Shown here: piece after piece, positions 59,206-64,000 of the stretch
Layout of the letters: the number at the start of each line of letters is the position of its first letter
How positions within the stretch are numbered: the stretch's first letter is position 1
DNA from: Lentisphaeria bacterium UBA7640
Lineage (GTDB): Bacteria > Verrucomicrobiota > Lentisphaeria > Victivallales > Victivallaceae
DNA: 64,000 nt
Direction: 5' to 3'
Assembly: GCA_002483765.1 (NCBI GenBank)
Contig: DLIO01000109.1
Location: 2,455 to 66,454 of the forward strand
The notes under the pieces: model-generated
What the model saw: only the letters and a program-made list of their open reading frames with translations
Database searches by the model: none
What the model was told of the DNA's origin: nothing
Program-made: the position numbers and the translations under genes

Positions 59206-59223
59206 AATTCGCGCGCGAATTTT
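59206..59223. repeat. CG-rich palindromic element, collapsed copy 9 (aaattcgcgcgcgaattt)
   Basis: 18-bp perfect palindrome with the same flanks as the family but without the central CATWATG core. Lies 7 nt after the czcA stop. Confidence 0.75.
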
Positions 59224-59507
59224 ATGTGGTACTTTTAGTGCGGAATTTTACTTGGGGACGTCATTTATGATTAGGTTATTTGATCTTGTTGGCATTTTTT
59301 ATGTCCGACTCCATTTCGATCTGTAGTGTTTTTTTGCCAGCACTGGAATTTTCGACCTGAAATAGTAAAGTATAATCTTGATAGATCGTTCATTGTTACA
59401 TCCATCTGATTTGAGGATGAAGTAAACTTTCCGCCAAGTTTTCCAACTTAATCGCCATTTAAAAAAATTGAAATTAGCCATTATATCTAGCTAACGCGAG
59501 GAAAAAA

Positions 59508-59837
59508 ATGAAGAGTACCCTTCACAAATTAGGATTACATCCATTAGTTGCTTTCGTGATGATTGCTGTTGATTGGATGCTTTTTGGAGCCGATATAACG
59601 GGAGTGGGATGGGGGATCTCCTGTGCTGTTGCTATAGCGCTAACTCTTCCGGTCATTCTGGCGCAAAAATATGCTTACAAAGATAACTGGGGCACCGCGA
59701 TTGCAAAAGGCTTTATTGTTTGCATAATAACCGCAATTCCAACCGCATTACCTTCAGTCATTACAGGAATAAGTGGAATTCTAGGGATTATTGGCGGAAA
59801 TAAAGCAATTGATATTGAGAATAAAAATATGGATTGA
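59508..59837 (+). CDS. Small hypothetical membrane protein (3 predicted TM helices)
   Basis: 109 aa and hydrophobic. AGGAAAAAAA lies upstream of the ATG. Confidence 0.5.
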   Translation: MKSTLHKLGLHPLVAFVMIAVDWMLFGADITGVGWGISCAVAIALTLPVILAQKYAYKDNWGTAIAKGFIVCIITAIPTALPSVITGISGILGIIGGNKAIDIENKNMD

Positions 59838-60143
59838 ATGTCAAATACAGCAAGACTATTTTCTCCGTCTGCCATAACTCCTCTAATGTAATTTATTTCT
59901 GATACTTATCAATTTTACTGTTGAACTATATTTTCGTCGTTGATATTTTCTTTATTCATCAGATACCGAGGATATATGCGATAATTGGCCGAGTTATTCA
60001 AGATCAGTTGTTTTCGAAACTGACAACAAATCCAGAGGTTTTCGGGAAAATTCAAATCAGATTGAATTTATCTTGACGCGCTAATTCCAGAGTTGGCCAG
60101 TTCTATCCTCCGTTACAACCGAAAAAGAATAAAACCGCAATAT

Positions 60144-60172
60144 GTCAGTGGATATTCACTGACTGATTTTTA
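60144..60172 (+). terminator. Terminator-like hairpin in an otherwise gene-free stretch
   Basis: gtcagtg (60144-60150), loop gatatt, cactgac (60157-60163), followed by tgattttta. No annotated gene ends nearby. Confidence 0.3.
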
Positions 60173-60205
60173 TGCAGATACAGAAAAAATTTGAGGAGGT
60201 GGGGA

Positions 60206-60271
60206 ATGTTTTTATTTTTATCGCTATTTTTTATTCATTGCCTATTGACAATTCTTTTATTTGTTGTATAA
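60206..60271 (+). CDS. Candidate 21-aa hydrophobic mini-protein (MFLFLSLFFIHCLLTILLFVV)
   Basis: Near-perfect SD GAGGAGGTG at 60193-60201, 4 nt upstream of the ATG at 60206. Stop TAA at 60269-60271. The ORF is too short for the supplied track. Confidence 0.3.
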   Translation: MFLFLSLFFIHCLLTILLFVV

Positions 60272-60272
60272 T
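60245..60272 (+). promoter_or_regulatory. Consensus sigma70 promoter of the LacI-family gene
   Basis: TTGACA (60245-60250), 16 nt, TATAAT (60267-60272). Both hexamers are perfect. Confidence 0.6.
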
Positions 60273-60278
60273 AGTCAT

Positions 60279-60292
60279 GTAAACGTTTTATT
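60279..60292 (+). promoter_or_regulatory. LacI-type operator candidate O1 (gtaaacgttttatt)
   Basis: CG-centred pseudo-palindrome AAACGTTT, 7 nt downstream of the -10 box. Resembles the LacI/GalR operator consensus TGnAAnCGnTTnCA. Confidence 0.5.
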
Positions 60293-60336
60293 GAGGCTTA
60301 AAGTGAGGCTTAATAGATATTTAACTTGCAATTTTA

Positions 60337-60350
60337 GGTAAACGTTTTAT
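60337..60350 (+). promoter_or_regulatory. LacI-type operator candidate O2 (ggtaaacgttttat)
   Basis: The 13-nt string gtaaacgttttat of O1 (60279-60291) recurs exactly at 60338-60350, 59 nt downstream of O1 and 28 nt before the regulator start codon. Confidence 0.5.
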
Positions 60351-60377
60351 TTAAGTTTTAACAGGATATGCCGAATC

Positions 60378-61478
60378 ATGAATACAGTAAAGAAGAAAAG
60401 AGCGTCAATAACTAATGTCGCTGATTACGCAAACGTCAGTATCGCGACAGTATCCCGCGTCTTGAACAAAGCTCCAAACATCCTTCCGGCAACAGAAAAA
60501 AAGGTAATGCTGGCATTGAAAATGCTGGATTACACACCTAATGCACAGGCACAGAGCCTTCGCGGAAGTTGCCAGGATATTTTCGGATTTCTGTTGTCAC
60601 CAGACATTATTAAAGTAGACGACTTTTCGCTGATGTTAACGGTTCAACATCTACTAGCGGAAGTAATTTTCGAAAAAGGCTATCACCTTATCCCTGAAAA
60701 ACTGGAGATAAACAGCGAGACTGGTGAACTGATTGTGCCACGAATACTGAAACAGCAACGCTGTTGCGGTTGTTTTCTCTTAGGTTATATGCCACCAAAA
60801 AACCTAAAGTCTTTGGCTTTAGAAGGCATTCCGGTAGGATTACTGGGAGAAGTCGACGTGATGCCTGATAATTTTTTCTCGATAGATTTCGATTTTGAAA
60901 GCGGTATGAGTCAAGCGGTACAATATCTTTCGGCGCTTGGACATCGTAGAATCGGATTTATCAACGGTAGTTTGAATTATCCAGGCAATAGAAAAAAACT
61001 CAACGGCCTGAAACAGGGATTGAGTGAGTTCGCGCTGGATTGTGATCCAGAACTATTTTTCCAACTTGATGATGAACAAAATTTTGCCGGAGCCAGAAAG
61101 GCTACTGCTGTACTGCTTGAACTGAAGTCGCCTCCATCCGCGATCTGCTATGGAAATGACTGGATGGCGCTGGGCGGAATGCTTGAAGCGGAGTCACGCG
61201 GACTGAATATCCCGCGAGATTTGAGCTTGATCGGTTTTGATAATTCATTTATGGCTCAGCAATGTAGACCTAGTCTAACTTCCATTTCCACTGATTTCAG
61301 GATAATGGCAGACATGGCGGCAAATGCGTTGATAAAAAAAGTCCACAATGTAAAAAGTAAAAACGTCGATAACAAAAAAACACTAATCCCCACTAAACTG
61401 ATAAGGCGGGAATCGTGCAGGGTTCGAAGTTTTATGACAATTCCCCACAATACATTGCTAAACAATAATTTAAAATAA
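60378..61478 (+). CDS. LacI-family transcriptional regulator
   Basis: HTH ITNVADYANVSIATVSRVLN, hinge YTPNAQAQSLRG, and a periplasmic-binding-protein-like effector domain. Confidence 0.9.
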   Translation: MNTVKKKRASITNVADYANVSIATVSRVLNKAPNILPATEKKVMLALKMLDYTPNAQAQSLRGSCQDIFGFLLSPDIIKVDDFSLMLTVQHLLAEVIFEKGYHLIPEKLEINSETGELIVPRILKQQRCCGCFLLGYMPPKNLKSLALEGIPVGLLGEVDVMPDNFFSIDFDFESGMSQAVQYLSALGHRRIGFINGSLNYPGNRKKLNGLKQGLSEFALDCDPELFFQLDDEQNFAGARKATAVLLELKSPPSAICYGNDWMALGGMLEAESRGLNIPRDLSLIGFDNSFMAQQCRPSLTSISTDFRIMADMAANALIKKVHNVKSKNVDNKKTLIPTKLIRRESCRVRSFMTIPHNTLLNNNLK

Positions 61479-61685
61479 ATGGAAAATAAGCCTATAAGCA
61501 ATATATCGGAAATTGATGGTTTTGCAGTCAAAGTGTCAAAATCAGTATCAACCAAAATAAAAAAATAAAAAAGGTATAAGATGCTGGTTACGGAAAAAAC
61601 TGCTACAGTCGAGCGGATCAAATAATTTTCAGCCAATCAATTAACAAAAAAATCTTTCGTGATTTCAAAAACAAGGATACGCAAA

Positions 61686-62345
61686 ATGAAAACAAAAACA
61701 AAAACAGAAACAATCTGCAACTCGTTGACAATAAGAACTTTTACTCTTATCGAACTTCTCATAACGATTGCAATTATAGCAATCCTCGCCTCAATGTTAT
61801 TACCAACACTTAATAAAGCTAGAGAAAAAGCAAAAAGCATAAAGTGTACCGCGAACTTGACACAATTAGGTTTAGGGCTAGCTTTTTATGCTGATGCTTG
61901 GGATGACTATCTACCATCTTTTTATATTGCTGATCAAACTCACTGGTACGCCCTTGATGAATTTATGGAAGGAGTTGGCAGCAAAAGATATTCTAAAAAA
62001 CCAGGTAGTATCTTTACTTGCCCTAGTAGTCCTGACGGTTTTTTCCCAAATGACAGTTTTGTTAATAATGGAATCTATTTGAATTACGGTGGAAACCGTT
62101 ATATGAGTCATCGCAAACAATCAAGACTCAAACAACCTTCTAAAACCTCAACATTAATGGATGCTATCTATTTTTATACTACTTGGGGAAGTGACGTGAA
62201 TGGTCTGGACAGTAATACCAATTTTGTTCACCAGAAGGCAATGAATGTATTATTTGTAGATGGACACGCTAGAGCTCTCATCAAAAACGAAGTCCCATGG
62301 GGCTGGGCAAATCGCTATGCCCCATTCTGGGATTACCAGCTATAA
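61686..62345 (+). CDS. Prepilin-type N-terminal cleavage/methylation-domain protein (DUF1559 / H-X9-DG-like pseudopilin)
   Basis: FTLIELLITIAIIAILASMLLPTLNKAREKAKSIKCTANLTQLGLGLAFYADAWDDYLP, plus a C-terminal VLFVDGHA motif. Confidence 0.85.
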   Translation: MKTKTKTETICNSLTIRTFTLIELLITIAIIAILASMLLPTLNKAREKAKSIKCTANLTQLGLGLAFYADAWDDYLPSFYIADQTHWYALDEFMEGVGSKRYSKKPGSIFTCPSSPDGFFPNDSFVNNGIYLNYGGNRYMSHRKQSRLKQPSKTSTLMDAIYFYTTWGSDVNGLDSNTNFVHQKAMNVLFVDGHARALIKNEVPWGWANRYAPFWDYQL

Positions 62346-62583
62346 TAGTGGAACCTTTTAAGGCAAAAGCTATATGCAGACAAAGGAATTCTGTAAAGTA
62401 TTAAGTTGCAAAAGTTGAGTAATAAATCTAGAATACTACAATAAATATAAAAATCAAATAAAATGATTTACTTACATTATCCAAATAAAAAAGCGTAAAT
62501 CATGATAAAAAAACAACAAAATAATCGTTAAAGAGTAGCTTCCCTACCAGAACGAAGTTTGTTTAGAGAAGAACAGTAACTTT

Positions 62584-62948
62584 AAATGGAAAGCCATTAT
62601 GACATAGCAAATTATTCAAACACACCGGTCTGAAAAAGAGTTTTCAGAAAATCGACTTTCAATGCCAAACTATTACAATGAATTTTCCCAAAAAGACAAC
62701 CGTAATATTTCGGAGGAATTATGGCGGGGAAAATTACTCAGAGACAATCGGTCTAGAAAATGAAAATGTTTAGAAAAATTAACACTAAACTATCACTACC
62801 AAACCATCACCACAATTTTAAAAAATGCAATCGCAAATATTTTGGAGGAATTATGACAAAGAAAATTATTCAAACATGTAGGACTGAAAAAAATAAAACT
62901 TTCAGCAAAAATAACCTTTTAAACTTAAACTATTACGGAATTTTTATG
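62584..62948 (+). repeat. Three tandem, diverged copies (about 125-130 bp each) of an RBS/ATG/N-terminal coding module
   Basis: Copy starts: ccATTATGACAtAGcAAATTATTCAAACA (ATG at 62599), gaATTATGgCggGGaAAATTAcTCAgAgACA (ATG at 62721), gaATTATGACAaAGaAAATTATTCAAACA (ATG at 62853). Each copy also ends with AAACTAT(T/C)AC. Confidence 0.75.
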
Positions 62949-64000
62949 TCTAAGACTAAGCTGATTTGTGCTGTTCTTTTAGGGTTTTTAATATTTCAAG
63001 TTCAGGCAATTGAACTTAAAGAGACATTTGACACTCCAGTTAGTTATAACAAGGAAATGCTGACTAGAAGTGTAATTGCTACAAAAAAAGGTAACATTGG
63101 TTTTATTTTTCACTATAAAAAAGAAAATGAAAAACGTCTTCCTTTGTCTACAATAAAAGGTTGGGAACTCGGCATGATGCCTCCAGGAAACTGGTATCAT
63201 AATGGATTTTTTCGTATTTATGTAAATCAACGTCATGTACCCATGGAATCTCCAGTACTGAAAGATATTATCAAAGTTGTAAAAAACACAGATAAAGAAA
63301 CTGAAATGATATCTATAATGAACACTGAATATGGAGAACTACACATTAGAATACGATTTAAATCTGGCCGAAATTATGCTAATGTTAAGTTGTCCTTCCC
63401 AAAACCTAAAATGAAAATAGATTCTTTGCGCTATGAGTTTATATGCCTTCCCGATCACTGCCGTAAAGATAAATCATATTTACGCTGTCTGATTGCCGGT
63501 GACAAAAGTATTGAACTTAAAGCAGAAGAGGCCGTTAATTTCATTCCGTCCGAAAACAACTGGATGGTGTTCTATGATAAAGGCTATCAATCGTACGGCC
63601 CATGTGCTATCATGTTTGATCCAGACCAAATCGCAACAGTTGATATATTGCCTGACAAACGAAATTATGGCGTATTTAACTCTGTTACTTTAAAACCCAA
63701 TATAAATAGTACAAATTTTCTGTTCTGGCACTTTCCGAAATCTACGCATTCCGCGAATTCCTTAAGCAAATACATTAAAGACAACAGTTCAACGTTACTC
63801 AAAGAAATGCGGACATCATCAAACATAGAAGCTAGTGCAGAGAGTGATGATGTCTTTGCTCTTAACCGCCAGATCCCTGTTTACCGTTTTAAAACAGGGA
63901 AAGACTGGGAATCTGTAAAGTGGAGTGAAGGATTTAATTATTTACATAGTAGGGAAACAGCCAATCCGACAACTAAATTTAAGATTTTGCGTGATGATGA
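62853..64000 (+). CDS. Secreted hypothetical protein, 3' end outside the window (not in the supplied ORF track)
   Basis: I translated the frame by eye and it stays open from ATG 62853 (GGAGGA RBS at 62844-62849) to the window edge. An in-frame ATG at 62946 starts a classical signal peptide, MSKTKLICAVLLGFLIFQVQA. The antisense 82-aa track ORF (62988-63236) is a shadow of this gene. Confidence 0.7.
   Translation, partial: MTKKIIQTCRTEKNKTFSKNNLLNLNYYGIFMSKTKLICAVLLGFLIFQVQAIELKETFDTPVSYNKEMLTRSVIATKKGNIGFIFHYKKENEKRLPLSTIKGWELGMMPPGNWYHNGFFRIYVNQRHVPMESPVLKDIIKVVKNTDKETEMISIMNTEYGELHIRIRFKSGRNYANVKLSFPKPKMKIDSLRYEFICLPDHCRKDKSYLRCLIAGDKSIELKAEEAVNFIPSENNWMVFYDKGYQSYGPCAIMFDPDQIATVDILPDKRNYGVFNSVTLKPNINSTNFLFWHFPKSTHSANSLSKYIKDNSSTLLKEMRTSSNIEASAESDDVFALNRQIPVYRFKTGKDWESVKWSEGFNYLHSRETANPTTKFKILRDD

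Noticed and set aside
59299-59481. 60-aa basic minus-strand ORF between czcA and the small membrane gene
   Set aside because: No RBS, and the composition is typical of random AT-rich frames.
61256-61840. Minus-strand ORFs of 126 aa and 67 aa across the LacI 3' end and the pseudopilin 5' region
   Set aside because: They overlap well-supported plus-strand genes or A/T-rich intergenic DNA. The translations are low-complexity (F/I/L/K-rich).
62988-63236. 82-aa minus-strand track ORF
   Set aside because: Antisense to the long plus-strand frame (62853-64000), which has an RBS and a signal peptide.
1-64000. Search for transposases, integrases, phage genes, restriction-modification or other recognisable defence systems, and rRNA
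   Set aside because: None of the translated ORFs shows the corresponding motifs (DDE/HUH/tyrosine recombinase, methyltransferase DPPY/FxGxG in an R-M context, Cas, and so on). No rRNA-like sequence was seen.

Overview
AT-rich chromosomal segment of a diderm, LPS-making bacterium. A prepilin-type DUF1559 / H-X9-DG-like pseudopilin hints at the PVC superphylum (Lentisphaerota/Verrucomicrobiota-like); that placement is inference only. The window holds about 50 protein genes, mostly housekeeping and envelope functions, plus one tRNA-Leu(CAA). Recognised genes: rplM-rpsI-argC; a complete-looking lipid A aminoarabinose operon in the unusual order arnB-arnT-arnC-arnA-arnD; methylaspartate ammonia-lyase; two ROK proteins; a 1244-aa hybrid histidine kinase; gcvPA/gcvPB; kdsB and a heptose-7-P kinase; metG; pepF; ComEC; lspA; waaG/waaP; a CzcBA-type metal efflux pair; a LacI regulator. 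No rRNA, CRISPR array, transposase, integrase or prophage gene was seen. Observations worth a second look: (1) a family of 31-33 bp near-perfect palindromes built on alternating CG, consensus AATTCGCGCGCGCAT(A/T)ATGCGCGCGCGAATT, with nine full, collapsed or half copies, all intergenic and mostly at gene 3' ends; (2) a 1424-aa fusion of a GH13 catalytic domain with a C-terminal amylo-alpha-1,6-glucosidase domain, resembling eukaryotic glycogen debranching enzyme; (3) a tightly coupled five-gene operon joining a 725-aa EF-hand-loop membrane protein, a neutral-ceramidase-like hydrolase, a SpoU methyltransferase, WaaG and WaaP; (4) a 21-codon hydrophobic mini-ORF with a near-perfect Shine-Dalgarno that overlaps a consensus promoter; (5) a threefold, decaying ~125-bp duplication of an RBS/start/N-terminal module in front of a secreted-protein gene that runs off the window and is missing from the ORF track. 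All functional calls rest on motifs read by eye and on remembered family sequences. No database search was run.
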